From: Candidatus Eiseniibacteriota bacterium
GTDB lineage: Bacteria > Eisenbacteria > RBG-16-71-46
DNA length: 64,000 nt
Direction: 5' to 3'
Assembly: GCA_963725865.1 (NCBI GenBank)
Contig: CAVSAC010000012.1
Span: forward strand, 352,001 to 416,000
Shown here: in pieces, positions 30,682 to 41,994 of the stretch
Position numbering within the stretch: the stretch's first letter is position 1
How the letters are laid out: each line of letters starts with the position of its first letter
Translations under genes and position numbers: made by a program
The notes under the pieces: generated by a model
The model's input: the letters and a program-made list of their open reading frames with translations, nothing else
Told to the model about the DNA's origin: nothing
Databases searched by the model: none

Positions 30682-31895
30682 AGACCCAGATCCTGATCCG
30701 GATCGCCCTGCGCAGCATCGCCAGGAACAAGATGCGGACGCTGCTGACGACTCTGGGCGTGGTGATCGGAGTGGCGGCCGTGATCGTGATGGTCGGCGTG
30801 GGCTACGGCGCCAGCCGGAGCATCCAGAACAAGGTGAACGGCCTGGGCACAAACCTGCTCGTGCTCACCGCCGGAGCGAGCACGGCGGGGGGCGTGAGCC
30901 AGGGAGCGCAGACCTTCAACCGGCTCTCGATCGCCGACTACGAGAAGCTGGCCCGCGAGGCCACGACGCTGACCGCCGTGTCGCCGGTCGTGTTCACGCG
31001 CGCGCAGGCCATCGGCGGCGCCGGCAACTGGCGCACCGCGGTGAACGGAGTCGCCACCTCATATCCGCTAATCCGCGACTGGTCCGTGGCCACGGGCACG
31101 TTCTTCACCGATGACGATGTGACCGCCATCCGCAAAGTGGTCGTGCTCGGCCACACCGTCGCCCAGAACCTGTTCCCCGATACCGACCCCGTGGGCCAGG
31201 AGATCCAGCTGCGCAACGTGCCCTTCACGATCGTCGGCGTGCTGGCCGCCAAGGGACAGACGGCCTCGGGGAGTGACCAGGACGACGTCGTCCTGGTGCC
31301 CTACACCACGGCGCAGACGCGGCTGTCGGGTTTCAGCTTCATCGGGCAGATCCTCGCGAGCACGAACTCGCCGGGCGAGGTCGCCGCCGGGCAAGCGGAG
31401 ATCACGGCCATCATGCGCGAGGCGCACGGTATCGAGGAGGGCGACAACGACGACTTCACGGTGCGCAATCAGACCGAGCTGGCCGAGACCGCGCAGGCCA
31501 CGACCAAGGTGATGTCGTGGCTGCTCGCGGCGGTGGCTTCAATCTCGCTGCTGGTGGGCGGCATCGGCATCATGAACATCATGCTGGTGTCGGTCACCGA
31601 GCGCACCCGCGAGATCGGACTCCGGCTCGCGGTTGGCGCGCGCGGCTCGGACGTCCTGCGTCAGTTCCTGGTCGAGAGCATCGTGCTGAGCGCGATGGGC
31701 GGACTCATCGGCGTGGTCCTCGGGATCGCCGGCGCGGCCATCGTCGGGCGGATCACCGGCTGGAGCACCGCCGTGCCCACGCAGGCCGTGCCCGTGGCGG
31801 TGGGCTTCGCCGCCGCGGTGGGGGTGTTCTTCGGCTACTACCCCGCACGCAAGGCCGCGGCCCTGAACCCCATCGAAGCGCTGCGCTACGAATAG
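30678..31895 (+). CDS. MacB-like ABC transporter permease
   Basis: [55 protein letters not shown]. Confidence 0.92.
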   Translation: MKTQILIRIALRSIARNKMRTLLTTLGVVIGVAAVIVMVGVGYGASRSIQNKVNGLGTNLLVLTAGASTAGGVSQGAQTFNRLSIADYEKLAREATTLTAVSPVVFTRAQAIGGAGNWRTAVNGVATSYPLIRDWSVATGTFFTDDDVTAIRKVVVLGHTVAQNLFPDTDPVGQEIQLRNVPFTIVGVLAAKGQTASGSDQDDVVLVPYTTAQTRLSGFSFIGQILASTNSPGEVAAGQAEITAIMREAHGIEEGDNDDFTVRNQTELAETAQATTKVMSWLLAAVASISLLVGGIGIMNIMLVSVTERTREIGLRLAVGARGSDVLRQFLVESIVLSAMGGLIGVVLGIAGAAIVGRITGWSTAVPTQAVPVAVGFAAAVGVFFGYYPARKAAALNPIEALRYE

Positions 31896-31997
31896 CCGCG
31901 GGGCAAGATCCCTCGCCGCACCCCTGGTTCGCTCGACGCCGCGATGTGCGAGGATGGGCCAGCGTCCCGACCACGCCACGACCCAGAGGTGACGTCC

Positions 31998-34389
31998 ATG
32001 CCGAACCCGACGACGCACACCCCGACCCGCGACCCGGACTCGATGCGGAAGTTGGACGCCTACTGGCGTGCCGCCAACTATCTCTCGGTCGGGCAGATCT
32101 ACCTCCTCGACAATCCGCTGCTCGAGCGGCCGCTGGCGCTGGAACACATCAAGCCGCGCCTGCTCGGCCACTGGGGAACCACGCCGGGCCTCAACTTCGT
32201 CTACGTCCACCTGAACCGCGTCATCCGCGAGCGCGACCTGGACATGATCTACGTCACGGGGCCGGGTCACGGCGGTCCGGGGATCGTGGCCAACGCATAT
32301 CTCGAGGGCACCTACAGCGAGGTCTACGCGGACGTCTCGCAGGACGCGGAGGGGATGCGACGGCTGTTCAAGCAGTTCTCGTTCCCGGGCGGCATTCCGA
32401 GCCACGTCGCGCCCGAGACGCCCGGGTCGATCCACGAGGGCGGCGAGTTGGGCTATTCGCTGTCCCACGCCTATGGGGCCGCGTTCGACAATCCCGGGCT
32501 GGTCGTGGCGTGCGTGGTGGGCGACGGCGAGGCGGAGACCGGCCCGCTCGCCACGAGCTGGCACTCGAACAAGTTCCTCGACCCGGTTCGCGACGGGGCG
32601 GTGCTGCCCATCCTGCACCTGAACGGATACAAGATCGCCGGGCCCACGGTCCTGGCGCGCATTCCGCGCGACGAGCTGGCCGCGCTGCTGCGCGGCTACG
32701 GCCACACGCCCTACTTCGTCGAGGGCGACGACCCGCCGGCGATGCACGCGCTCATGGCGGACACGCTCGACACGGTGGTCGGCGAGATCCAGCGCATCCA
32801 GCGCGCGGCCCGGACGCATGGGTTCCGGCAGCGTCCGAGCTGGCCGATGATCGTGCTGCGCTCACCGAAGGGCTGGACGGGTCCGAAGGTCGTGGATGGT
32901 CAACCGACCGAGGGCACGTTCCGTTCGCACCAGGTGCCGATGGGCGACATGAGCCGCCCGGGCCACGTGAAGCTCCTCGAGGAGTGGATGAAGAGCTACC
33001 GACCGCAGGAGCTGTTCGACTCCCACGGCCGGCTCGTCCCCGAGCTCGCCGAGTTGGCGCCGCGCGGCGCGCGCCGGATGAGCGCGAATCCGCACGCCAA
33101 CGGCGGACTGTTGCTGCGCGACCTGCGCCTGCCGGACTTCCGCGACTACGCGGTGCAGGTGCCGGCGCCCGGGGCCGTGGATGCCGAGTCCACCCGCGTA
33201 CAGGGCCGGTTCATCCGCGACGTGATCCAGCGCAACCCGCACGACTTCCGCATCTTCAGTCCGGACGAGACCAGCTCGAACCGCTGGGGAGACGTGTTCG
33301 AGGTGACGAACCGCTGCTCGAGCGCGGAGATCGTCCCGGGCGACGATCATGTCGCGGTGGACGGCCGGGTGATGGAGATGTTGAGCGAGCACCAGTGCGA
33401 GGGCTGGCTCGAAGGCTATCTGCTCACGGGCCGTCACGGCTTGTTCTCGTGCTACGAGGCGTTCATCCACATCGTCGATTCGATGTGCAACCAGCACGCC
33501 AAGTGGCTCAAGGTGTCGAACTACATCCCGTGGCGGCGCCCCATCGCCTCGCTGAACTTCCTGCTCTCGTCGCACGTCTGGCGGCAGGACCACAACGGCT
33601 TCAGCCATCAGGACCCCGGGTTCATCGACCACGTGGTCAACAAGAAGGCCGAGGTGATCCGCGTCTACCTGCCGCCGGACGCGAACACGCTGCTCTCGGT
33701 GACCGAGCACTGCCTGCGGAGTCGCAACTACGTGAACGTGATCGTCGCCGGCAAGCAGCCCGAGCCGCAGTGGCTCGACATGGACGCCGCCGTCGACCAT
33801 TGCACGGCCGGCATCGGCATCTGGCCGTGGGCGAGCAACGATCAGGGATGCGAGCCGGACGTCGTCATGGCGTGCTGCGGCGACGTGCCCACGCTGGAGA
33901 CCCTGGCGGCGGTCGAGTGGCTGCGGGAGCACGTTCCGGGTGTGAAGGTCCGCGTGATCAACGTGGTCGACCTGATGAAGCTCCAGTCGCAGAGCGAGCA
34001 CCCGCACGGCCTCAGCGACCGCGAGTTCGACCTGCTCTTCACGACCGACAAGCCGATCATCTTCGCGTTCCACGGCTATCCGACGCTGATCCATCGGCTG
34101 ACGTATCGCCGCACGAACCACTCGAACCTGCACGTGCGCGGATTCAAGGAGGAAGGCACGACCACGACGCCGTTCGACATGGTGGTGCTGAACGACCTGG
34201 ATCGCTTCCACCTCGCCGGCGACGTGATCGATCGTCTCCCGCACCTGGGCGCGCGCGCGGCCTATGCCAAGCAGGCGCATCCGCGACAAGCTGCTCGAGC
34301 ACAAGCAGTACATCGTCGAGCACGGCGAGGACCTGCCCGAGATCCGCGACTGGAAGTGGGGCGCGAGCCAGCCGGGCGAGCGGTCGTGA
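31998..34389 (+). CDS. xfp: Xylulose-5-phosphate/fructose-6-phosphate phosphoketolase (frameshift near 34277)
   Basis: [52 protein letters not shown]-terminal [22 protein letters not shown] continues in a shifted frame to TGA 34389. Confidence 0.93.
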
Positions 34390-34440
34390 AGCGAAGCGGT
34401 CGGTGGGGACGCCGCCCGCGGGGACGGACCGGAGGATCTC

Positions 34441-35079
34441 GTGCCGATGCAGATCGTGCTCGTCCGCCACGGTGAAACGGCCTGGAGCCTCTCCGGCCAG
34501 CACACCGGCCGATCGGACATTCCGCTCACGAGCCGCGGCGAACGCAATGCGCGCAGGCTGGCAGCCCGGCTGAAGGGCGCGAGCTTCGAGTGGGTGCTCA
34601 CCAGCCCGCTGCAGCGCGCGCGGCGGACCAGCGAGCTGGCGGGCTTCGGCGCCCTCGCGACCATCGAGCCGGACCTGGCCGAGTGGGACTACGGCCGCTA
34701 CGAAGGCCGGCGCACCGTCGAGATCCGCCACGAACGACCGGATTGGGACCTCTTTCGCGACGGTTGCCCGGAGGGCGAGTCGCTGGAGGACGTCGGCGCG
34801 CGCGCCGACCGTCTGATCGCTCGCATCCGCGAGTGCGAGGGCGACGTGCTCCTGTTCGGGCATCGCGACATCCTGCGCATTCTCGCCGTCCGTTGGCTGG
34901 GACTCCCCGCGCTGGTCGCGCAGCGCCTGCGGCTCTCGACCGCCTCGTGGAGTGCGATCGGATTCGATCCCGCGCTCGGGCAGCCGACCCTCGATCACTG
35001 GAACGACGATCGTCATCTCGCGGACGACGACGTCCCTGCCGCACCGGGTAGGCGTGTGTGGCCGTGGCGTGCGAGATGA
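34441..35079 (+). CDS. Histidine phosphatase (phosphoglycerate mutase-like)
   Basis: [37 protein letters not shown]. Confidence 0.9.
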   Translation: MPMQIVLVRHGETAWSLSGQHTGRSDIPLTSRGERNARRLAARLKGASFEWVLTSPLQRARRTSELAGFGALATIEPDLAEWDYGRYEGRRTVEIRHERPDWDLFRDGCPEGESLEDVGARADRLIARIRECEGDVLLFGHRDILRILAVRWLGLPALVAQRLRLSTASWSAIGFDPALGQPTLDHWNDDRHLADDDVPAAPGRRVWPWRAR

Positions 35080-35119
35080 GCGATAGTGCCGGCGGCCTTG
35101 CGGCCGAGGTCGGGAGGAC

Positions 35120-36454
35120 ATGACCAGCGAACTCGATCGACTGCGCGCGTGGGTGGTGACGGCCGACATGGGGCTGGGTCACCAGCGCGCGGCGCACGCG
35201 TTGGCCCACCTGGCTGAGGGCGGCATCCTCACCGCCGGCTCGCGCGAGACCACGGACGAGGACGAGGCGCGCTTCTGGCGCCGGCTCACGTGGTGGTACG
35301 AGGTGCTCTCGCGCACTCTGGAGATACCTCTCGTGGGCCGCGCGCTGTTCGCGGCGCTCGACTACCTGCTGCGCATCCCGCCGTTCTACCCGCTGCGCGA
35401 CCTCTCGCATCCCTCGCCCAACAACCTCATCGTCGACCACCTGATCCGCCAGGGCCTCGGCCGCGCGCTGCTCGAGCGACTGCGAGCGCGCCGACTGCCG
35501 ATGATCACGACCTTCTACGCCCCCGCGTTGGCCGCCGACCGGGGCTACGACGGCCCGATCTATTGCGTCATCTGCGACGCGGACCTGAACCGCGTGTGGG
35601 TGGCGTCGAAGGTGAGGGAGAGCCACATCTGCTACTTCGCGCCGTGCGGCCGGGTGATGCGCCGGCTGCGGCAATACGGCGTGCCGGACGAGCGCATCTT
35701 CATCACTGGATTCCCGCTGCCGCGCGAGAACGTCGGCGGGCCGGGCATGGAGACGCTGAAGGCGGACTTGCTCGCGCGGCTGGGCCGGCTCGATCCGCGC
35801 GGGCGGTTCTCGAGCGCCTACGGCGCCACCGTGCACGAGTTGCTCGGAGCGCGGCCAGAGCCCTCGAACGGAGCCGGGCGCGTGACCGTGACGTTCGCCG
35901 TCGGGGGGGCGGGGGCGCAGGTCGAGATCGGGCTGATGCTGGCGCGGGCGCTTGAGCCGGGCATCCTCGATGGCCGGTTCCGGCTGATCCTGGTCGCGGG
36001 CGTGAATCGCGTGGTCGAGAAGCTGTTCCACGAGTTCGTCGTGCACATCGGCCTCGCGGAGGCACTCGGCGACGGCTTGCTGATCGTGCGCGAGGACGAC
36101 AAACCCGCGTACTTCGACCGCTTCGACGCGCTGATGCGCGAGACCGACATCCTGTGGACCAAGCCGAGTGAGCTGTCGTTCTATTCGGCGCTCGGGATCC
36201 CGATCGTGATGGCGCCCCCGATCGGCTCGCAGGAGGGCAAGAACCAGCGCTGGCTGATGGACAAGGGCTGTGCGCTGCCGCAGTACACCCCGCGCCACGC
36301 GCAGCAGTGGCTCACCGACATGCTCCGCGACGGCGTGCTCGCCGACAAGGCGCTGAGCGGCTTCATCAAGAACCGCAAGCTCGGCGTATTCAAGATCGAG
36401 GAGGTGCTGCAGACCGGCACCATGGCGCGCGAGACGCACCCGCTGCGGCGCTAG
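35120..36454 (+). CDS. GT-B-like protein related to MGDG synthase/UgtP
   Basis: VTADMGLGHQRAA, ICDADLNRVW, ITGFPL, ILWTKPSELSFY..PIGSQE. Confidence 0.65.
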   Translation: MTSELDRLRAWVVTADMGLGHQRAAHALAHLAEGGILTAGSRETTDEDEARFWRRLTWWYEVLSRTLEIPLVGRALFAALDYLLRIPPFYPLRDLSHPSPNNLIVDHLIRQGLGRALLERLRARRLPMITTFYAPALAADRGYDGPIYCVICDADLNRVWVASKVRESHICYFAPCGRVMRRLRQYGVPDERIFITGFPLPRENVGGPGMETLKADLLARLGRLDPRGRFSSAYGATVHELLGARPEPSNGAGRVTVTFAVGGAGAQVEIGLMLARALEPGILDGRFRLILVAGVNRVVEKLFHEFVVHIGLAEALGDGLLIVREDDKPAYFDRFDALMRETDILWTKPSELSFYSALGIPIVMAPPIGSQEGKNQRWLMDKGCALPQYTPRHAQQWLTDMLRDGVLADKALSGFIKNRKLGVFKIEEVLQTGTMARETHPLRR

Positions 36455-36532
36455 GGCGGGGTCGCGGTGCCGCACTCGCCGCTACGCCGTCGAGCCGCTG
36501 AGGGATCGTGCGCGATTCGCCACACCGGACTC

Positions 36533-36703
36533 GGCCGCTGCCAGGTGCTCGAACAGCAGCGCGGCGAGTTGGACCGCGCCGCGGCCGCCATCCAGGCGCG
36601 CACCCACACCGTGGAACAGGCGCGGCGCCAGCACGAGCTCACCGAGCTGGCGCTTCAGCAGGGGGTGGTCAATACGCTCCAGCTCGCCGGCGACGCCGAG
36701 TGA
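36533..36703 (+). pseudogene. Possible fragment of a TolC-family outer-membrane efflux gene
   Basis: AAAAIQARTHTVEQARRQHELTELALQQGVVNTLQLAGDAE resembles the OEP helical repeat; no convincing start. Confidence 0.35.
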
Positions 36704-36784
36704 TCCGGCTCGCGGGCCCGCTCGCCCCGCGCCGGCGCCCGCCCGGCGAGCGTTCTCCAGCGTGCCGGGCGGTGGTTCGCCCCG

Positions 36785-38224
36785 CTATCCCGCGGGCTTC
36801 GACGTGTCCAGCCGGCCGGCAGCCTCGTAGACGTTCAGCCGGTTGTACAGCGTCTTGAGGCTGATGCCGAGCCGCCGCGCCGTCTCCTTCTTGTCGCCCT
36901 CGGTGAGCTGCATCGTCGCGAGGATCATCCGGCGCTCGACCTCCTCCAGCGTCTCGCCGAGCGACAGCGTGATGCTCGGGCCGCCCTCCGAGGTGGGGCG
37001 CAGCGCGGGGGCGTCGCCGGCCGGCAGCGCCGGATCGCGGATCACGTCCTCGGCCAGGATCGCCGCGCGATCGACGACGTTGCGCAGCTCGCGCACGTTG
37101 CCCGACCACGCGTGCCCGCGCAGCCGTCGCAGCGCCTCGGGAGCCCAGTGCTTGTCGGTGCCCTCGCGCTGGTTGTAGAGCGCGAGGAAGTGGACGGCGA
37201 GCGGCTCGATGTCGTCCACGCGCTCGCGCAGCGGCGGGATCAGGATGGGGAAGACGTTGAGCCGGTAGTAGAGGTCCTCGCGCAGACGGCCGTCGCGCAC
37301 CGCCTGCTCGGGATCCTGGTTCGACGCGGCGATCAGGCGCACGTCGATCGGGATCGCCTCGGTGCCTCCGACGCGCATCACGTTGCTGGTCTCCAGCACG
37401 CGCAGCAGCTTCACCTGCAGCTCGACCGACATCTCGGTGATCTCGTCCAGGAACAGCGTGCCGCCGCTCGCCTCCTCGAAGTAGCCGCGCCGCACGCGAT
37501 CGGCGCCCGTGAAGCTGCCCTTCTCGTGCCCGAACAGCTCGCTTTCGATGACGTTGGGGGCGACCGCGCCGCAGTTGACGGCGAGGAACCGCTCGTGCCC
37601 GCGCGTGCTCGTGCGGTGCACGGTCTCGGCGACCACCTCCTTGCCGACGCCGCTCTCGCCGAGCACCAGCACGGTCGCGCGGGTGCGTGCGACCCGCTCG
37701 ATGAGATCGAACACCCGCATCATCGGCGCCGAGCGCCCCACCAGCGGGCCGAACCGGCCGAGGTCGCGCAGCTCGTCACGCAGTCCGCCGACCTCGCTCC
37801 GCAGGTCGCGCGTGCGCTCGACATGGGCGAGCGTGGCGCGCAGCCGGTGCCGGTCCACCGGCTTGCTGAGGTAGTCGAGCACGCCCTGGCGCAGCGCGTC
37901 GACGGCCGAGTCCACCGTCGCTTTGCCGGTGATCACCACGATCTCGGGGCGCTCGTCCGCCGGTTGTTCGCCGCCGAGCAGCTCGAGCCCGTGCCCGTCC
38001 GGGAGCCCGAGGTCCACGAACACGACGTCGACCGGCGTCTCCTGCAGGCGCTCGCGTGCCTCGGCGAGGGACGAGGCCTCGCGCACCTCGAAGCCCTCGC
38101 GGCGCACGAGCAGCGCCAGTGATTCGCGGAACAGCGCATCGTCCTCGACCAGCAGCGCGACGCGCGGACGGCGCGCGCGGGGCGGCTCCGGGCGCGTCGC
38201 GGGCGCGGATCCGGGCTCGGTCAT
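36785..38224 (-). CDS. Sigma-54-dependent response regulator (NtrC family)
   Basis: Receiver domain (VEDD, DLGLPDG, KP); GESGVGKE, ELFGHEKGSFTGA, LFLDEI, WSGNVREL; Fis-type HTH. Confidence 0.93.
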   Translation of the reverse strand: MTEPGSAPATRPEPPRARRPRVALLVEDDALFRESLALLVRREGFEVREASSLAEARERLQETPVDVVFVDLGLPDGHGLELLGGEQPADERPEIVVITGKATVDSAVDALRQGVLDYLSKPVDRHRLRATLAHVERTRDLRSEVGGLRDELRDLGRFGPLVGRSAPMMRVFDLIERVARTRATVLVLGESGVGKEVVAETVHRTSTRGHERFLAVNCGAVAPNVIESELFGHEKGSFTGADRVRRGYFEEASGGTLFLDEITEMSVELQVKLLRVLETSNVMRVGGTEAIPIDVRLIAASNQDPEQAVRDGRLREDLYYRLNVFPILIPPLRERVDDIEPLAVHFLALYNQREGTDKHWAPEALRRLRGHAWSGNVRELRNVVDRAAILAEDVIRDPALPAGDAPALRPTSEGGPSITLSLGETLEEVERRMILATMQLTEGDKKETARRLGISLKTLYNRLNVYEAAGRLDTSKPAG

Positions 38225-38667
38225 CCGGCGCTCGAGTGCGGGCCGGGGGCGCGGTTCAGCTCGAGCCAGTAGCGCATCGCGCGCGCGATGTAGCGTCCGG
38301 GCCCCGCCGGGTCGAAGCGCTTCACGACGTAGCTGTTCGCGCCTAGGTCGTAGCTGCGCGTCACGTCGCGGGAGCGCGCCGAGGACGAGATGATCACCAC
38401 CGGCAGCCGCGCGAGCCGCGCGTCGGCCCGCACGCGGCGCAGCACCTCGAGGCCGTCGATCCCCGGCAGGTCGAGGTCGAGGAACACCGCCGCCAGGGAC
38501 TCGCTCGCGGGCGCCGGCTGCGAGCCGATGCCGAGCTTCTCGAGCGCCTCGCGGCCGCTGCGGGCGATCTCCACGTCGACGTGCAGGTGCTCGCGCTCGA
38601 TCGCGCGTTCCGCGATGTGCACGTAGTCCTCATCGTCGTCGACGATCAGGATGGTCTGCTTGCTCAT
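38221..38667 (-). CDS. Single-domain response regulator (Rcp1-like)
   Basis: ILIVDDDED, FLDLDLPGIDG, PVVIISSS, SYDLGANSYVVK. Confidence 0.88.
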   Translation of the reverse strand: MSKQTILIVDDDEDYVHIAERAIEREHLHVDVEIARSGREALEKLGIGSQPAPASESLAAVFLDLDLPGIDGLEVLRRVRADARLARLPVVIISSSARSRDVTRSYDLGANSYVVKRFDPAGPGRYIARAMRYWLELNRAPGPHSSAG

Positions 38668-40343
38668 GAAACCGCACCCTCCGCGGGCGGAAGCGTGAAG
38701 TGAAAAGTCGCGCCGCTGACGCCGTCGCTCTCGGCCCAGACGCGTCCGCCGAGCCGGCCGATGATCTTGGCGACGATCGCGAGCCCCAGCCCGGAGCCCT
38801 CGACCTCGTTGCCGTGCAGGCGCCGGAACGCCTCGAACGCCTCGGACGCGCGCGCGGGATCGAAGCCGCAGCCGTTGTCGGTGACGCGATAGGTGTTCTC
38901 GCGCGGACCGGGCTCGCCCGCCACGCGCACGATCCGAGCGACACGGTCCCGAGAGTACTTCAGCGCGTTGCCGATGAGGTTCACGAACACCCGGTGCACC
39001 AGCTCCGGATCCCCGAGCGCCAGCGGGAGCGGGTCCACCTCGAACCGCACGCCCTCGGGCAGACTCTCGCGCCCGAGCGCCTCGGCGTACGCCCGCTCGG
39101 CGAGGTCCTTCATGTCGAGCGGCCGGATCGCCCCCGGCTGCACCTCGGCCGCCGAGAACTCCGCGAGCGAGTCGAGCAACTGGTTCGCGCGCGCGGCCGC
39201 GCCGCGGATGCGCTCCAGCAGCCGCCTGCCGTCGGGCTCGATCCGGTCGCCGTGGTCCTCTTCCAGCACCACCGAGAAGTTGAGGATCGCGCCGATCGGC
39301 GAACGCAGATCGTGCGAGACCGAGTGGTTGAACGTCTCGACCTCGCGCAGCGCCCGCGACAGCTCGCCGGTGCGGACCTGCACGCGCTCGCCGAGATCGT
39401 CGTTTAACCGACGCAGCTCCTCGTCGCGCCGCGAGAGGTCGGTGAGCTTCTCGTCGAGGTCGCGATTCGTCCGCTCGAGCGCGCTCGAGAAGTCGCGCAG
39501 CCGCATGAACTGGATCAGCAGCGCGCCGATCGCGAACGACAGGAACGCTCCGGTGAGCAGGAACATCAGCGGCCAGCCGCTGCTGACCTGCCGCACGAAG
39601 TCGTCGGGCGGGACCACGTCCATGCGCAGCAGCGATCCGGCGGGCGACGTGATCGTGCGCCGCATCCGCATCCACGGCGGGGCGAGCGAGTCCGGCACCA
39701 CGCGCAGCGGGATGAGCCGATCGTCCTCGCCCAGCAGCTGCACGGTGTAGGTGCCCATCAGCGAGGGCTGGCGCCGCAGCCACAGGGAGTCGACCCGGGC
39801 CTGGGCGACGATCACGCCCATCCGAATGGTGTCCACCGTGACCGGAGCGAACACGTGGTACTCGTAGGCGTCGTTCCAGCGCTCGTGGATCGTGGTCGCC
39901 TGGGATGCGAGCTGGAATCTCGTCTGACGGAGCACCTCAGGGTCCATCGAGACGCTCGTGTCGCGTCCGACGAATCCGCGGACGCTCGAATCGGGCAGCA
40001 CCCACGCCACCCAGTCGAGGCCCGGGTACTCCTGCAGGATGAGCCCCGCCTGCAGCGGCCAGGCCGGCGCTCCGCCGACCGCCCCGGATTGCACCAGCGT
40101 GGTGAGGAACCGCACGCCGTCGACCTCGCGCTGCATCTGCCATTCGATGCGCGAGGTCGTGCGGTCCGCGATCGAGCCCAGCATCGAGGTCAGCTCGGTC
40201 CGGCGATCCGACTCCGCCCGGACCCACACCGCCACCGACAGGACGATCCCGAGCAGCGCGACCACGCCCGCCGTCACCAGGCGCTGGCCGGAGAGGGCGG
40301 GCAGCAGACGGCTGACCTGCTTCGCGGCGCGCCAGAGGGGCAT
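38664..40343 (-). CDS. Membrane sensor histidine kinase (CHASE-like periplasmic domain)
   Basis: Two TMs; FNHSVSHDLRSP (H-box), NLIGNALKY, DNGCGF, GSGLGLAI. Confidence 0.9.
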   Translation of the reverse strand: MPLWRAAKQVSRLLPALSGQRLVTAGVVALLGIVLSVAVWVRAESDRRTELTSMLGSIADRTTSRIEWQMQREVDGVRFLTTLVQSGAVGGAPAWPLQAGLILQEYPGLDWVAWVLPDSSVRGFVGRDTSVSMDPEVLRQTRFQLASQATTIHERWNDAYEYHVFAPVTVDTIRMGVIVAQARVDSLWLRRQPSLMGTYTVQLLGEDDRLIPLRVVPDSLAPPWMRMRRTITSPAGSLLRMDVVPPDDFVRQVSSGWPLMFLLTGAFLSFAIGALLIQFMRLRDFSSALERTNRDLDEKLTDLSRRDEELRRLNDDLGERVQVRTGELSRALREVETFNHSVSHDLRSPIGAILNFSVVLEEDHGDRIEPDGRRLLERIRGAAARANQLLDSLAEFSAAEVQPGAIRPLDMKDLAERAYAEALGRESLPEGVRFEVDPLPLALGDPELVHRVFVNLIGNALKYSRDRVARIVRVAGEPGPRENTYRVTDNGCGFDPARASEAFEAFRRLHGNEVEGSGLGLAIVAKIIGRLGGRVWAESDGVSGATFHFTLPPAEGAVS

Positions 40344-40466
40344 AGGATCCCTTCGGTGGGACGATGGGAACGCTGCTCGCGACGACTCTAGCGGTTTTCC
40401 GTGCGAGTTCCACGGCTATCCGCCGCTGGCGCTCCCCGGCGCCGCATGCACAGCCCCGGGGCGTCA

Positions 40467-40952
40467 CTAGAAGCGCACGCCGCCCATGAGCGCGAGTTCG
40501 TGCTGATCCGCGAACACGCCCTTGAGCTGGACGAACGGACGGGCGTCCCCGCGCAGGCTGGCGAGCCCGGCGACCAGGTTCAGTCCGAGGTCGGTGCGCC
40601 CATCGCCGCGGTCCGGATCGCGGTGGAACAGCGTCGGGCCCGCGCCGAGGTAGGGCGACATCGTGCCGGTCACCTGGAAGTCGTAGTGCACGTCGGCATT
40701 CAGCGCCACCACGCTCCCGCGGTCCGGCATCGCGACCTCGACGTTGGGATTGAGATACCAGCCCGGGTACGAGCCCAGCCGCGTGAGCAGCCCGCCGCCC
40801 AGCGCGATCGCGTCGGCATCGGTGTAGACGCCGGCGCGCAGATCGACATTGGTTCCGGCGCGAGCCGGGGTGCACATCGCGGCGGGCGCCAGCCCGGTCA
40901 GCGCCATGACCAGGATCGCGCCATTCAACTGCCGAGCAGTCGAGGACTTCAT
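40467..40952 (-). CDS. Small outer-membrane beta-barrel protein
   Basis: GAGGAGG RBS; signal peptide; amphipathic strands (PYLGAG); ends GGVRF. Confidence 0.75.
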   Translation of the reverse strand: MKSSTARQLNGAILVMALTGLAPAAMCTPARAGTNVDLRAGVYTDADAIALGGGLLTRLGSYPGWYLNPNVEVAMPDRGSVVALNADVHYDFQVTGTMSPYLGAGPTLFHRDPDRGDGRTDLGLNLVAGLASLRGDARPFVQLKGVFADQHELALMGGVRF

Positions 40953-41015
40953 GGATGCCTCCTCGTGAGGTTTCGGGTCGGGGTCACGCGGCGCTCGCGG
41001 TCCCGGGTGCTTCTG

Positions 41016-41030
41016 GCAACTTGGGGGCCA
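41016..41030 (-). promoter_or_regulatory. Sigma-54 (-24/-12) promoter
   Basis: Minus strand TGGCCCCCAAGTTGC (GG-N10-GC), about 65 nt upstream of ATG 40952. Confidence 0.6.
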
Positions 41031-41250
41031 TGCGGGCCGCGGCCACAACCTCATGGCGCCCAACGCGCGGTTGCGGAGCGACCCTCACGCGGTGCCGTTC
41101 GGGCTTGTAGGTTGTGCATTCGACCATCGCGCGGGGACTCCGCGCCGAGCGCCGCCGAGGGAGCGTCCCTCGCGCGGCTGCCCCGCAACTCGCGCGCACG
41201 AGCGCGCCGCCTACGAGGCCCGCTCCCGGAGGTCGCCGAGACCGAGTGCT

Positions 41251-41266
41251 TGGCCCCTCCATTGCA
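41251..41266 (+). promoter_or_regulatory. Sigma-54 (-24/-12) promoter
   Basis: TGGCCCCTCCATTGCA (GG-N10-GC), about 100 nt upstream of ATG 41364. Confidence 0.6.
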
Positions 41267-41363
41267 CCGATCTGTCGCGGACCGCGCGATCCGCTCTCCA
41301 TCGCACGCGGTCCCTCGGGCGGCTCGTCTTCCTCGGAAGCCGGGCGCAACCAGGAGGCACTGC

Positions 41364-41951
41364 ATGACACGCCATCGTTCGAACACCCGTCCGGGCTCGC
41401 GGGCGAGCTTCACGCTCGCGGTGATCGCGGGCCTCGGCCTCACGATCCTCGCTAGCAGCCCGGCGCGCGGCGCCGAGATCATCCCGTCCGTCGGCTTCAC
41501 CCGTCCCGTCGATGGCGACGAGACCACGGTGTTGTCCGGCGGTGTCGCGCTGCGTTCTCAGCTCATGCCGCCGTTCCTGCTGGACGAGATCGCGGTCTCA
41601 TACCGCAGCGAGTCGCGCTTCGACGACCAGCTCAAGGTGCGCATGTGGCCGGTGACGGCCTCGCTGTGGCTCGCGCCGGTCCCGGCGCTGTACGCGGGCG
41701 GCGGCGTGGGCTTCTACAACGTCACGCTCGACTACGACGAGGACACGCTCGGCCAGCTCTTCGAGGACAAGACCAGCCAGGAGTTCGGCGTCCACGTGGG
41801 CGGCGGCGTGCGCGTGCCGCTGGCGCCCAAGGCCGCGCTCGACCTGGGCGGCCGCTACGTGATGATGCGCGCGCTGGACGACCGGCTGGTGCCCAACCAC
41901 TTCGACCCCGACTTCTGGAGCGCGAACATCGGCCTCGCGATCGGCTTCTGA
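41364..41951 (+). CDS. Outer-membrane beta-barrel protein (OmpW/OmpA-like)
   Basis: AGGAGG RBS; signal peptide; LYAGGGVGFY, FGVHVGGG; ends GLAIGF. Confidence 0.8.
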   Translation: MTRHRSNTRPGSRASFTLAVIAGLGLTILASSPARGAEIIPSVGFTRPVDGDETTVLSGGVALRSQLMPPFLLDEIAVSYRSESRFDDQLKVRMWPVTASLWLAPVPALYAGGGVGFYNVTLDYDEDTLGQLFEDKTSQEFGVHVGGGVRVPLAPKAALDLGGRYVMMRALDDRLVPNHFDPDFWSANIGLAIGF

Positions 41952-41994
41952 TCGGCCGCGCGACCGGCGCCACCCTCACCGAGGGGAGGAGACC

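Noticed and set aside
34260..34300. Programmed frameshift in xfp
   Set aside because: No slippery sequence, and similar indels are scattered across unrelated genes, so error is more likely
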